Shown here piece after piece: positions 19,270 through 30,297 of a DNA stretch of 37,764 nt (position 1 is the stretch's first letter; each line of letters starts with the position of its first letter). The notes below the pieces were generated by a model that was not told the origin of the DNA, did not search any database, and saw only the letters and a list, made by a program, of their open reading frames with translations. A program made the translations under genes and the position numbers. This DNA is from Alphaproteobacteria bacterium (lineage in GTDB: Bacteria > Pseudomonadota > Alphaproteobacteria > UBA8317), in assembly GCA_038131935.1 (NCBI GenBank), contig JAYPQH010000003.1:1-37764 (forward strand), in the 5' to 3' direction.

Positions 19270-20243
19270 TGTTTGTTCTTACCACATGGTTTGGGCGGGT
19301 TCTCGGCCTCTTGGCATTAGGACTCGTGGCAGCTATGTGGTACTTTTCCCACCGACTTGATCAACCTGCCTTAGATAAAACCACTTCAGTTATCATCCAA
19401 AAAGGGTCGAGTACTCGGATGATTGAAAAAAAACTACAGAGCCATGGTGTGGTTCTCCTCCCTAATGAATTGGTACTGATAGAGTATCTGTTAGGTCAGG
19501 ATATTGGTCATCTCAAGGCTGGAACCTATGAGCTCCAAGCTGGGATAACCAGGCGAGAATTGTTGTTTTTGCTTCAAAAGGGTAGCAACAAACGGGTTTG
19601 GTTAACGATTCCAGAATGCCTGACCTCAAAAGAAATTCTTGCGTTGTTAATGAAAGATGATCGGTTACATGGTCCTGAGCCAAAGATGCCCAAAGAGGGC
19701 ATGCTCGCTCCGGATACCTATGATGTCGCGGAGGCAAATGAAAGACAGGATATTGTTGATCGGCTGTTAAAAATTCGTGAGGAACAATTGTCAAAGATAT
19801 GGCAGAGCCGGCATCCTGATCATCCGCTTGAGACAAAAGAGCAGCTTCTCATCTTAGCGAGCATTGTTGAAAAAGAGTCGGGGCGTGGTAGCGAACAAGA
19901 TAAAATTGCAGCGGTGTTTGTAAACCGTTTAAAAAAAGGCATGCGTTTGCAGTCAGATCCAACTGTAATTTATCATTTAACAAATGGCATGGGAAAATTG
20001 GGTAGACCTATTACCCGGCAAGATTTGCGTATGGACAACCCATACAATACCTACACGCGTTTCGGTCTAACGCCATCAGCACTATGCAATCCAAGTGTGC
20101 AGGCTCTTCGGGCCACTGCTCAATATGATGATACAGACGCACTTTATTTTGTTGCGGATGCAGAGGGCGGGCATTGGTTTGCGCGTACCTTAAAAGAGCA
20201 TTTGCGCAATGTTCAAAAATATCGAAGAAAGGTCCAGCAGTAA
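19269..20243 (+). CDS. mltG: Endolytic transglycosylase MltG (YceG)
   Basis: N-terminal TM helix, TIPE, ASIVEKE, LQSDPT, NPYNTY and LYFVAD. ATG overlaps the fabF stop (TAATG). Confidence 0.95.
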   Translation: MFVLTTWFGRVLGLLALGLVAAMWYFSHRLDQPALDKTTSVIIQKGSSTRMIEKKLQSHGVVLLPNELVLIEYLLGQDIGHLKAGTYELQAGITRRELLFLLQKGSNKRVWLTIPECLTSKEILALLMKDDRLHGPEPKMPKEGMLAPDTYDVAEANERQDIVDRLLKIREEQLSKIWQSRHPDHPLETKEQLLILASIVEKESGRGSEQDKIAAVFVNRLKKGMRLQSDPTVIYHLTNGMGKLGRPITRQDLRMDNPYNTYTRFGLTPSALCNPSVQALRATAQYDDTDALYFVADAEGGHWFARTLKEHLRNVQKYRRKVQQ

Positions 20244-20893
20244 TGTCAATGCAACAGCAAGATACATACTTCCCACGCAGAAGGGGGCTGTTATTGGTTA
20301 TGTCATCGCCATCCGGTGCTGGGAAAACAAGTTTGTCGCGTCATTTGCTGACATTGGAACCTGATTTAAAGCTTTCTGTATCAGCCACCACAAGATCACC
20401 ACGACCAGGTGAGGAGGAGGGCAAGGATTATTTTTTTAAAACAACTGAGGAATTTGATAGCCTCATTTCATCTGGAGCTTTACTAGAACATGCGCATGTC
20501 TTTGGGCATTACTACGGCACGCCAAGGCAATCCGTTGAAGATCATTTAAACGCCGGTCATGACGTTTTGTTTGATATTGATTGGCAAGGCGCACAGCAAT
20601 TGCATGAAAAAATGCGCGAGGACATGGTAAGTGTCTTTATCTTACCTCCCTCCATGAAAGATTTAGAGCGCCGGCTGCAGACCCGTGCGCAGGACAGTGA
20701 GGACACCATTGCCTATAGAATGTCGCGTGCTCGCGAAGAAATGCGACATTTCCCAGAATATGACTTTGTTATCATTAACGATGATTTTGATCGCGCCTGT
20801 CTTAGCTTGCGTGCCATATTAGAAGCTGAACGTAATAGGCGTAATCGGTTCATTGGTTTGAATGATTTTGTCCGAAAACTTAGCGAGACGTAA
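20243..20893 (+). CDS. gmk: Guanylate kinase
   Basis: SSPSGAGKT, SATTRSPRPGE, YYGTP and DIDWQGA. ATG overlaps the mltG stop. Confidence 0.97.
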   Translation: MSMQQQDTYFPRRRGLLLVMSSPSGAGKTSLSRHLLTLEPDLKLSVSATTRSPRPGEEEGKDYFFKTTEEFDSLISSGALLEHAHVFGHYYGTPRQSVEDHLNAGHDVLFDIDWQGAQQLHEKMREDMVSVFILPPSMKDLERRLQTRAQDSEDTIAYRMSRAREEMRHFPEYDFVIINDDFDRACLSLRAILEAERNRRNRFIGLNDFVRKLSET

Positions 20894-20904
20894 AACTGTA
20901 ATAT

Positions 20905-21747
20905 TTATGAAGTTTGTGCGTGTGATATGATTTTTTCCGCCAACTTAGCGTACAGGTCAGCCCCAATTTCTTCAGCTCTCCATGCTGGATTGATACCTGT
21001 TTCATTCAGGATATCTTCAATATTTGGATGCAGTGAGGAGAGAGACCTGCGTAGCATTTTGCGCCGCTGACCAAAAGCCAATTTGGTTATCTGAGCAACA
21101 AGATGCAAATGTTGTGTCTTCCTTTGCGATAGTGGGGTGAGTCGAACAACCGTTGAGGTAACTTTTGGTGCGGGTACAAATGCTTCCGGTGGTATATCAA
21201 ACAGTGTTTCAGCAAAACATGTTAACTGTGTCAGGACAGCCAAGCGTCCATAGCTTTTTTGACCCACCTGTGCCGTTATACGTTGAGCTACTTCTTTCTG
21301 AAACATCAAGGTGTAGGACAGCACATGCTGAGCAATAGGAATATGCTCCAACCAATTCGTGAGTAATAATGTTCCTATGTTGTAGGGTAAGTTCGCGACA
21401 ACACGAACAGGATTGGCGCCAGGGAATGTCCAGTTTAGTGCGTCTTCTTGGTGGATATGTAGGCGCTGGTCTCGTTGTTTGATCTCATCAAGGACCTGCA
21501 AGCATCTTTGGTCAATTTCTACGGCATGCACTTCTTGGGCGCCCTCAAGTAACAAAGCCCTTGTCAGTCCTCCGGGGCCTGGACCTATTTCAATAACAAT
21601 ACAGTCATTTAAGGGACCCCCCAAACGTGCAATCTTTCGGGTTAAATTTAAGTCTGTAAGAAAATTTTGGCCAAACCTTTTGTGAGCACGAAGATCCGCT
21701 TGTTTGATGACCTCGCGTAAAGGCGGTAGGGTCTCAAGACTGTGCAT
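20905..21747 (-). CDS. rsmA: 16S rRNA adenine dimethyltransferase RsmA/KsgA
   Basis: GQNFL, EIGPGPG, ANLPYNI, MFQKEVA and AFGQRRKML. Confidence 0.97.
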   Translation of the reverse strand: MHSLETLPPLREVIKQADLRAHKRFGQNFLTDLNLTRKIARLGGPLNDCIVIEIGPGPGGLTRALLLEGAQEVHAVEIDQRCLQVLDEIKQRDQRLHIHQEDALNWTFPGANPVRVVANLPYNIGTLLLTNWLEHIPIAQHVLSYTLMFQKEVAQRITAQVGQKSYGRLAVLTQLTCFAETLFDIPPEAFVPAPKVTSTVVRLTPLSQRKTQHLHLVAQITKLAFGQRRKMLRRSLSSLHPNIEDILNETGINPAWRAEEIGADLYAKLAEKIISHAQTS

Positions 21748-22690
21748 AGGTGGTATCCAAGGCCATTTTCATGGCTGCTATCATGGGGCGAGGATCTGCT
21801 ACGTTTTTTCCAACAATATCGTCAGCAGTTCCATGATCAGGTGAGGTTCTTAAGTATTTTAGTCCTAGGGTCGCGTTAACGCCCCCTGCAAATGCTAATG
21901 CTTTGAAAGGAACAAGGACTTGATCATGATACATGCCCAAAATTGCATCATATTTACCAACATTATCAGGCATAAAAATACCATCAGCGGCAAGTGGGCC
22001 ATCCAATTCTGCGAGACAATATGGTTGACATGATTCTATCCATGGTTTGATTGCATCTATTTCTTCTCGTCCCATATGACCTGATTCACCAGCGTGAGGG
22101 TTGATGCCACAGATTGCAATTTTAGGATGTTTGATAGAAAATTTCTGCTGCAATTCTAGTGTCAAAATATTGATTGTTTTAAGAAAAAGATCCTCGGTAA
22201 CAGCTGTCGGAACATCTTTCAAAGCCATATGAATGGTAAGCGGAACAACGCGAAGTTTTTGGTCACAAAGCATCATGATAGGGTGGTCACCCCCCCAGCG
22301 CGAGGCAAAAAATTCTGTCTGTCCTGGGTAGGAAAATCCAGCTAATCTCAAGCGCGTTTTGTTAACGGGTGCTGTTACGACGCATGCATTGGCGAATTTT
22401 TTTGCGGTTTCAGCCGCTATTTCCAGGGCTTCCCAAGCGAATTTTCCAGCTTCTAGGGGTGAAAAATTCGTCATATTTATAGGCTGACGGGGACCAACAT
22501 AGCCCGCCAGCGAAAATCTTTTTTGTTCCTCTGCCAAACTACCAGCTGGGTCAACCAAATAAACACGAGACTGATCTTGATCTGGAATAGATGTAAGCGC
22601 TTTGGTGATGATTTCAGGTCCAATACCTAGAACATCACCAGCTGTTAATATCACAGTTGAAAGGTTATCTGATAACAACTCTTGCCTCAC
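21734..22690 (-). CDS. pdxA: 4-hydroxythreonine-4-phosphate dehydrogenase
   Basis: GIGPEI, TAPVNK, NPHAGE, MYHDQ and RTSPDHGTA, in surA-pdxA-rsmA synteny. GTG start is uncertain. Confidence 0.95.
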   Translation of the reverse strand: MRQELLSDNLSTVILTAGDVLGIGPEIITKALTSIPDQDQSRVYLVDPAGSLAEEQKRFSLAGYVGPRQPINMTNFSPLEAGKFAWEALEIAAETAKKFANACVVTAPVNKTRLRLAGFSYPGQTEFFASRWGGDHPIMMLCDQKLRVVPLTIHMALKDVPTAVTEDLFLKTINILTLELQQKFSIKHPKIAICGINPHAGESGHMGREEIDAIKPWIESCQPYCLAELDGPLAADGIFMPDNVGKYDAILGMYHDQVLVPFKALAFAGGVNATLGLKYLRTSPDHGTADDIVGKNVADPRPMIAAMKMALDTTYAQS

Positions 22691-23932
22691 GCCTTAAAGT
22701 CATACGATGACGGTCTGCCAAAATTCGCAGTCTGTTTTGAGCCATGTTTTCGCGTAATTGATTTAATTCACGCACCGCACTCTCAGTATTGGACTTGTTA
22801 CAAAGTATGTAGCTTATCATGTCGGCATTGTCCAAATAGGGTCTGCTGCTATCGCCAACATCAAGAATGGATAACTGAATACGAACATGTCGTGGTAGTT
22901 GCGTTAAAGAAATATTTTCTTGCTTTGACATGCTGATATTTTGTGGTGGTGACGAAAGGTTGCAAATGTGTTGGGGGGTATGGTCTTGGATAAATGTACT
23001 TAACTCCTCACCTTTAGGGGTAGAGAGCTTAACAACATCAATTTTCATATTGTTGAGTGAGGCAACCAAAGGGTCACGTACCGCTTCACCTAAGCGAAAA
23101 AGGTAAACACTTCCTTGGGAAAATATAGGGCCTACCAGAGAGTTTGGTTGAGCACGTAACAGTGGCTCTCTTATCTCTTCTGGCAGAGTGTTTATGTTTA
23201 CAAGACCAAGGTTGCCACCATTTTGAGCGGAAAGTCCGATGGAAAACCGCCCAACTGCAGCCTCAAACGGTGCATTTTGTGTTTGCAATGCTGCGATAAT
23301 ATTTTCAGCAAGAATGGTGCTTTCTTGTCTCCTTTTTGGCGTATCTGCTCGTAATACGAGTTCTTGAAGTGGAAATAAGGATTGCTGTGAATCTTGAATA
23401 CGACTGAGCAGAGCCGTTTCAATATCCAAGTTGTTGATAAGTACTTTTTCCCAAAAAGATGTTGCGCGATAATCATCAAACCCAACTCGCCTTGAACCTG
23501 TTGGATTAAAGCCTCCATAGCGATATTATTCTGCGCCAATATGGTGCCCAATTTTCCCGACGGTATGCGGTTTCGCTTCTCAATCGAGCTTACGGCTTTG
23601 TCTATGCTCGATTTTGGAATTTTAAGACCTAAGGTTCGCAATTCCTGACTTATAACGGCTTCATTGATGAGGCTTTCCAAAGCATTGTCACGAATAATAT
23701 TTTTTACTTTTTCGTTATCTTGGGTTTGGCTCCCCAACCGTGAAAGTTTGATTCGCTGGTCTAAATCAATTGACGAGATGATCTCATCATTCACAATTGC
23801 GACAACCTCCAAAGAGGTAGCCTGTGCGACAGTATGGGTAAGACAATAGGATAGCGTCGATAGAGCGGTGAGCCCAAGGACCACAAACTTAATGATAGAA
23901 ATTCTATAAAGAATGCGTAGTTTATGGTGCAT
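22665..23932 (-). CDS. surA: SurA-like periplasmic chaperone/PPIase; one frameshift near 23445
   Basis: Signal peptide, VAIVNDEIISSIDL SurA N-domain and parvulin-like SAQNGGNLG; between lptD and pdxA. The two ORFs join at an A-run (GKK/VLINNLDIE). Confidence 0.85.
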
Positions 23933-26099
23933 TGTAGATTTGGTCTCCAAGTCCTAGGAAAACAATTTGGAGGTACAAACTTGTTTCATCCTGAAAATCA
24001 CGATCTGTTGTATATTCCCTTTTGGCACTTAGGTTAACCCTTAAGCACTGATCTTCGTAAGAAATACCATATTGCGCACCTGTATTTGCTTTGTTGGTAA
24101 CATCACGTTGTAAACTTGCGTTGAGCGACCATTGGTCATTGAGGGCGACACGTCCTGAAACAACAAGTTCCTGTGTTTCGTTGAGCAGTTGGTAATTCTG
24201 GACATCCAAGCTGGTTCTTACCATATACTGGACTGTTTCAACACCAGCTTCTACATAAAAAGCTTCATAGCTAAAATCTTGATTGTCTATATTGAATTTA
24301 TGCTCTGCAAACAGGCCATTTAAGAAGTCTAGACTTGCAGTTCCTATATAGTGACCAGCTTGTGGGTAACTCGTTTGGCGTATAGTGCCCCTTAGGTGGC
24401 CAATATCTTGAAAATCAAATAAATAATTAGCACCAAATTGGATGTTGGAACCCTCAATCATGCCGTCGCGTTGTGTCCTTGATTCTTGTAAAAGTGAAAT
24501 ATCATATATCGACATAGATGAAAGTGAATCTTCGTTAGGCTGCAATGGGTCTCGAAAATTATCTGTGCGCAAACGTGCTTCAATGATGGGGGTAACAATG
24601 CCCGACAGATTATTTGTTTGGGTAATAAAGGGCCATTGCCAATCAGCTTTTAAAGTCGCAAATGTTCGTTCGATTGTATTGTTTGCAACCCAACAGTCTG
24701 GTCCACGTGAGAGCAAGCTTTTACAATTCTCCAAGCTGGCTTGGTTTAGGTCGTTTTGATAACCATCCCAAACGCGGTAATAATCACCAGAGAGCGTACC
24801 TGTTGTGGTGAGCAGTTGCCCTAGAGGAAGAAAAAATGATCTTGAGGCTTCAAAATCTGCGGAAAGACGCTGCGTTTTGCTACCTTCTTCCCGCCAGATA
24901 TTGAGTATATTCCCCCAAGCTAAAAAATTTGTTTTGAGTTGTGGCCAATAGCCATGAGTAGAGAGGCTCAATTGGGGGGCAACATGGCCTGCCAGCTCCT
25001 GCGGTTCATCAGCGCGGAGCCTTTGGCTATATAGCCCAAGAGCTTCAGTTGAAAAGCGCTCGCTTTGCCACTGATACTGAACAGTGCTTGTGAGTTGATC
25101 GTCGTAACGAATATTGTAGCGCCTAAGAAACGTATCGTCGCTTGTAAGTTGGATATGAGCATCCAACTGTCCACCCCCAAATTGTGGAGCTTCAAATTCA
25201 AGCGAAACATAGCTTCTTAAATTGCTTGGCTCATAGGTTTGAGTACCTGACTGCCCTGAGTTTGTTGTTCCCGTTTCTGCCAATGTTTTGGATGGGTTTT
25301 CTGTCAATGTCGTGATAAATTGGGCACCAAATTTCCCCCAAGTTTCTAACCCTTCTGTTGTTAGATCTATTAAGGGATACTCATTGCTAAAAATGGTGGT
25401 TGCAATTGTAGCATCATGTTGAGGTGAAAGAACTGCATAATAGGGTATTGTGACACCTGCACCTAGATTGCTGCTGAATTGGACAGTAGGTCTCAAAAAC
25501 CCTGACTGCCGACCAGCATTTGGATCGGGATGGGCGTAATAAGGTGCATAGAGCAAAGGTATGTCAAACAGCTTTAACCAGATGTCTTCATATTCAATTT
25601 GTTGAGATTTTTGATTCCATGTGATGTGAGATGCACTTAATTCCCAGCTTAATTTTTTGTCTTTGGCGCATGGAATACAGGTTGTGAATTGGGCATCTCG
25701 CAATTCAGACATATCCACAGATACTCTCTCCGCCTGTGCCGCGGAAAGGCGTGCACTACCGCCATCAATATAAATAATAGGATAGGTTGCAATGCCTGTT
25801 TGATCATCTCCCAAAAATTGAATGGCATCAGCTTGGACAACATGGCCTTGAGGTGACAGACTTCGTACGTTGCCAGAAGCGCGAACCATATTTGTTGTAG
25901 CATTGTAATTCAGCTGATCTGCTTCAATAATATAGCCATCTTGATGCAGTTTCACGTTACCCTCAGCGCTATATTCCTGATCAGAATTCTTAGATAAGAG
26001 GTCGGATATGATTGTAATGTTTTCTTTCTCATCTTGAGCGTGAACTGCTAAGATGGGCAATAATGTCCCCAGAACTCCAAAGACGCACTGTCTCAGCAT
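23922..26099 (-). CDS. lptD: LPS-assembly outer-membrane protein LptD; in frame with upstream lptG as sequenced
   Basis: Signal peptide MLRQCVFGVLGTLLPILAVHA-QD, OstA-like domain (AEGNV, ASGNV), FTTC, RQSGFLRP, SDDTFLRRY and C-terminal YEDQC...FLGLG. Confidence 0.9.
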   Translation of the reverse strand: MLRQCVFGVLGTLLPILAVHAQDEKENITIISDLLSKNSDQEYSAEGNVKLHQDGYIIEADQLNYNATTNMVRASGNVRSLSPQGHVVQADAIQFLGDDQTGIATYPIIYIDGGSARLSAAQAERVSVDMSELRDAQFTTCIPCAKDKKLSWELSASHITWNQKSQQIEYEDIWLKLFDIPLLYAPYYAHPDPNAGRQSGFLRPTVQFSSNLGAGVTIPYYAVLSPQHDATIATTIFSNEYPLIDLTTEGLETWGKFGAQFITTLTENPSKTLAETGTTNSGQSGTQTYEPSNLRSYVSLEFEAPQFGGGQLDAHIQLTSDDTFLRRYNIRYDDQLTSTVQYQWQSERFSTEALGLYSQRLRADEPQELAGHVAPQLSLSTHGYWPQLKTNFLAWGNILNIWREEGSKTQRLSADFEASRSFFLPLGQLLTTTGTLSGDYYRVWDGYQNDLNQASLENCKSLLSRGPDCWVANNTIERTFATLKADWQWPFITQTNNLSGIVTPIIEARLRTDNFRDPLQPNEDSLSSMSIYDISLLQESRTQRDGMIEGSNIQFGANYLFDFQDIGHLRGTIRQTSYPQAGHYIGTASLDFLNGLFAEHKFNIDNQDFSYEAFYVEAGVETVQYMVRTSLDVQNYQLLNETQELVVSGRVALNDQWSLNASLQRDVTNKANTGAQYGISYEDQCLRVNLSAKREYTTDRDFQDETSLYLQIVFLGLGDQIYNAP

Positions 26100-27155
26100 T
26101 CTCTTGTATTCCTCAGAAAAAATAACAGCCATTGCTAAGCTTATGACAGCAGGTGACCATGCGGCGAGCCAGTAAGGTAGTTGACCCGTCACCCCAAGTG
26201 CTAGGCTGATATCGTTAATGATAAAAAATAAAAACCCAATGGCGATGGTAACAATAAAAGATTTGATAAGGCTATCGCCGCGGCGATGGCCTATAGGAAG
26301 ACTTGCACCAATCATAGCCATGCCCATAGCAAGAAGAATACTTGCCAATTCTCTATTCAATTGAAGGATGTGGTCTGCTGCAGAAAAACCAGCGATCTGT
26401 AAATCCTTAATACGACTTGGTAATTGCCAAATGGGCAACCAACTGGCTTGTTCGAATTTTTGCAAGATCGTTGTAAAATCTAACGTAATATCAATAGGTG
26501 TGGGTTCGCTAAAACTCTCACCAATAGCAATCCATTTTCCAGTTTGAAAGGAGAGTTGCTCCGCTGTTTCTTGTGAAATCAATTTTCCATCATCACTTAA
26601 TGTAAACATTGATACGTCTGATATTGTCTCCGATTTGGGGTCAACACGTGAACCTCTTGCAATGAGAACCTGTTGCTGAGGCAAAGAGGTGCGAAACCAT
26701 ATCCCTTGTTCTTGAAGACTTGCTACAAGTTGCTCTTGGCCAAAAAATTGAGTGGTTATGTGATCAAATTGTTTATGTAAAAAAGATCCAACTGGAGCAA
26801 ACAGAAACACAATAAGAAAACCTGCTGTTAATCCCCCTAAACAAATGGGTTTGATGATCGTCCATGCAGAACCTCCACCAGCAAAGACGGCGACCAATTC
26901 TTGATTACGAGCCAATTGTGCAATTGACCAGGCTCCAGATATCAGAATAGCAAAAGGTATCATCAGTATCCATGTTTTAGGCGTCTTAAGCAGAGCAAGA
27001 AAAAACAAAAATTCCGGTGACATGGCCATATTTTGCGTGCGACGACTGAGGTCAACCAATTCACCAAAGTAGGTTACAACGAAAAATATCATGGCGGTCA
27101 AAAAGAATCTTAGCATGACTGACCGGAATACATAACGCTGATAAAGACCAATCAA
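26100..27155 (-). CDS. lptG: LPS export ABC permease LptG; no stop codon before lptD
   Basis: Six TM segments around a periplasmic domain, LARNQELV coupling helix and C-terminal LPYWLAAWSP. TTG start overlaps the lptF stop (TTGA). Confidence 0.88.
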
Positions 27156-28261
27156 GACAACCACCTTTTTAGCCAGAATTGAGGATGAGGCACGAGTACC
27201 AACAAAGCCATCAAGCAAGTCATGTGAATAGGCCAAATATACGTGAAAATGATGAATAACTCAGAATCGTTTGCGTTGTTTTGTAGCTGGAATCCAACAA
27301 CCCGAACAAAAATAGCAATGAAAGAGCTGATGAGCACAGGTTTTATGATTGAAGACCTGTGATGAAGGCTTAGAATCAACAAACCCACCACGCAGAAAGC
27401 GTAAAAGGGGAGATATAATGTACGCGTTATTTGTTCGTGGGCTCTGGCAAGGTAGCGTATTGATTCGTTAGGCTTTGAGAATTGTAATAGATTCGCAGCC
27501 TCTACAAGCTCAAAAAATGTAAGTTCTGAACGTTTTTGCTGTCGAGGCACTTCACCACTTTTTGTGAGGTCAATCACATATTCGTAGGAGCTGAAACGAA
27601 GTCCTTCCAATGGGTTTGCATCTGCACGGTGGTGTTTAATAGCACCATGACGCAACCGCGCAACGAGACGATTATCTACGGCGTCAATCAAGGCTTGTTG
27701 CGCGGTGAGTGTAAGAATATTTTTGGGATCACGGCGATCATGGATAAAAATATTTTCCAATGTTCCATTTGATTGTTGTCGTTCGATAAAGATCGTGATG
27801 CCTGGAATTCTGTCATCAAAGCTACCTGTCTTAATGAGATTGGTAGAGATTTGGTCGCGCAGCTTGAAGATGAGCCCATACATGCGCTCATTGGCGTTGG
27901 GGGCCACAACTGTATTAAGGAACATCAAAAGTACCATCAGGGCACATCCCAACAACAAGAAAGGGAGTAAGATTTTTCTGTTAGAAAAGCCTACAGCAGA
28001 CATGACTGTGAGTTCACTGTCATTCCCAAGTCTTATGATCGTAAGCATACATGTTATCAAAAATGAAATAGGTACTGCGTAACTCAAGGTTTGGGGGAGT
28101 AAATAAATGCAAAGCTCCAGAAGCGACCATAGAGCATCAGGCTTGCCCAAAATGATATCCACGCGTCGAAGCAATTGGCTTAGCCATATAATGAGGCTTA
28201 AACCCAACGTGAGTAGGGTGAACGTTGTTAATGATTGGGCAATAAGATACCGCTGAAGCAA
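27152..28261 (-). CDS. lptF: LPS export ABC permease LptF
   Basis: LQRYL, RLGNDSELTVMSAVG and IFIHDRR; divergent from pepA, the conserved arrangement. Confidence 0.9.
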   Translation of the reverse strand: MLQRYLIAQSLTTFTLLTLGLSLIIWLSQLLRRVDIILGKPDALWSLLELCIYLLPQTLSYAVPISFLITCMLTIIRLGNDSELTVMSAVGFSNRKILLPFLLLGCALMVLLMFLNTVVAPNANERMYGLIFKLRDQISTNLIKTGSFDDRIPGITIFIERQQSNGTLENIFIHDRRDPKNILTLTAQQALIDAVDNRLVARLRHGAIKHHRADANPLEGLRFSSYEYVIDLTKSGEVPRQQKRSELTFFELVEAANLLQFSKPNESIRYLARAHEQITRTLYLPFYAFCVVGLLILSLHHRSSIIKPVLISSFIAIFVRVVGFQLQNNANDSELFIIFTYIWPIHMTCLMALLVLVPHPQFWLKRWLS

Positions 28262-28385
28262 ATGCCGTTGTCCCCGCCTTATTGTAATACTAAAACTAGA
28301 TAGTGACAGCTTTGATGCTTACATACATCATAATGACGTTAAACCAGCAATCGAATTTTGCGTAACTTTGTGGAGAATGAGAAGA

Positions 28386-29841
28386 ATGCATATCAGTGGC
28401 CAATCTACAATTCCAGAATGGGATAAGGACCATGTTCTTATTGTTGTTTCAGGGGCAGATCATCCCGATCTTTCACATGTGCTCACACAAGGGCGACATG
28501 AGCATCTTGAGCAATTGGCAAAACAAGCTGGTTTTGAGGGAAAAGCAGGTCAAATCATTAGCTTTCCCGTGGTAGGGGACGGATTTCCAGGAAAGGTTAT
28601 TTTTGCTGGTGCTGGGCAGAATGCTTCCGCACAGGACATCGAAAAATCCATTGTAAAAGTCTCAATTGGCAATTTGTTGAGCAAAACTAAGCATGTTGTT
28701 GCAACGTTATCTGCAGACTTAAAGGGCAAAGAAGAAGCTAAAAACACAAATGCATTGGCGATAGGCTTACGACTAGGAGGTTATCGGTTTGATAAATATC
28801 GTCAAGCAGAAGATCGATTCGTTGGACCTGCCAGCTGTGTTGTTTTGGGCTTAACGCAAGAACAAAATAGCCAAGTAGATGCTTTGGTTGATGGCGTTTA
28901 TTTGGCTAGAGACTTGGTTAGTGAGCCTGGTAATATACTGACCCCTACGCAATTGGCCCAACGTTCCAAAGACTTAGAGCGATTAGGTGTTCAAGTGGAA
29001 ATCTTGAATGAGGACCAAATGCGCGAGCTAGGCATGGGAGCTCTTTTGGGGGTCGGTCAAGGAAGTGAAGAGCCAAGCCAACTTGTTGTGATGCAGTGGA
29101 ATGGTGGTAAAGATGAAGCCCCTATGGCTTTCGTTGGTAAGGGGGTTTGTTTTGATACCGGTGGGATTTCTATCAAGCCCGCTTCTGGGATGGAAGAAAT
29201 GACCATGGATATGGGGGCGCGCAGCAGCTGTTGTGGGTGCCATGCATGCCATTGCAAAGGCCAAGTTACCTGCCAACGTGGTTGGGGTTATTGGATGTGT
29301 TGAAAATATGCCTGATGGGAAAGCTCAGCGTCCTGGAGACGTTGTTACCACGATGGCAGGAAAAACAGTCGAAGTTCTCAATACTGATGCTGAAGGGCGT
29401 TTGGTGTTGGCTGATGCATTGTGGTATACAAAAGAGCGCTTCAAACCAAGTTGTATGATTGATCTTGCAACATTGACCGGGGCCATACTTGTGTCACTGG
29501 CGCATGAATATGCAGGTTTATTCTCCAACAATGATGAGCTTGTGTCACAGCTCAATGAGGCTTCAGAGCGCTCTGGTGAGCGTGTATGGCGGCTTCCTCT
29601 AGCTGAAAAATACGATTCTATGCTTCGTTCGCGAATTGCTGACATAGCCAATATTGGCGGTCGCTATGCTGGTTCTATTACAGCAGCACAATTTTTGAAG
29701 AGATTTGTTGGTGATACGGCCTGGGCTCATTTGGATATTGCTGGAACAGCCTATGTGAAAGAAGCTCATGATCAAGGCCCTAAAGGAGCAACGGGTTATG
29801 GTGCCCGGTTATTGTTTGAGTTTGCGCGGAAGGACGGGTGA
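28386..29841 (+). CDS. pepA: Leucyl aminopeptidase (M17); one frameshift near 29216
   Basis: [22 protein letters not shown] (broken by the indel), [16 protein letters not shown] and AHLDIAG. Confidence 0.96.
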
Positions 29842-29847
29842 ACATTT

Positions 29848-30297
29848 TTGACAGAGCTTCATGTCTATCATGGTCGGGGCAAAATTGCCCCGACTGTGGC
29901 ACAGTTGTTGTTGAAACATTATCAAGATCAAAAGTTTGTGGCTGTTTTTGATCAAGATCATGAGCGGCTTAAAAAACTTGATGACTTCCTGTGGACCTTT
30001 TCTGACGAGAAGTTTCTTCCACATGCAATGATGTCACAAGATAATGTGGACATTCCATTGATATTAATTAATAATTTACCTCATTCTTTGAATGATATCC
30101 AGCGTAATTTATTGTTGCTCTCGCCCGTGGATAATATTTTAAAACGTTTTGATAGACATATATATTTGGTCTTCACTGATCAAAATAATGATATGAGGTC
30201 TTTTGCACGCGAGCTGTGGGTATCTTGTCGTCAACTTCACCTGCCTGCTTATTATTTTCGTCAAGATACATCAGGTGATTGGGCATCTTCTTCTTGA
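29848..30297 (+). CDS. holC: DNA polymerase III subunit chi
   Basis: LDDFLWTF...FLPH and ARELW motifs; follows pepA. TTG start. Confidence 0.85.
   Translation: MTELHVYHGRGKIAPTVAQLLLKHYQDQKFVAVFDQDHERLKKLDDFLWTFSDEKFLPHAMMSQDNVDIPLILINNLPHSLNDIQRNLLLLSPVDNILKRFDRHIYLVFTDQNNDMRSFARELWVSCRQLHLPAYYFRQDTSGDWASSS

Noticed and set aside
27156-27236. N-terminal 27 aa of the 1104-aa ORF
   Set aside because: Lies inside lptF. The TTG at 27155 overlapping the lptF stop is the more plausible lptG start.
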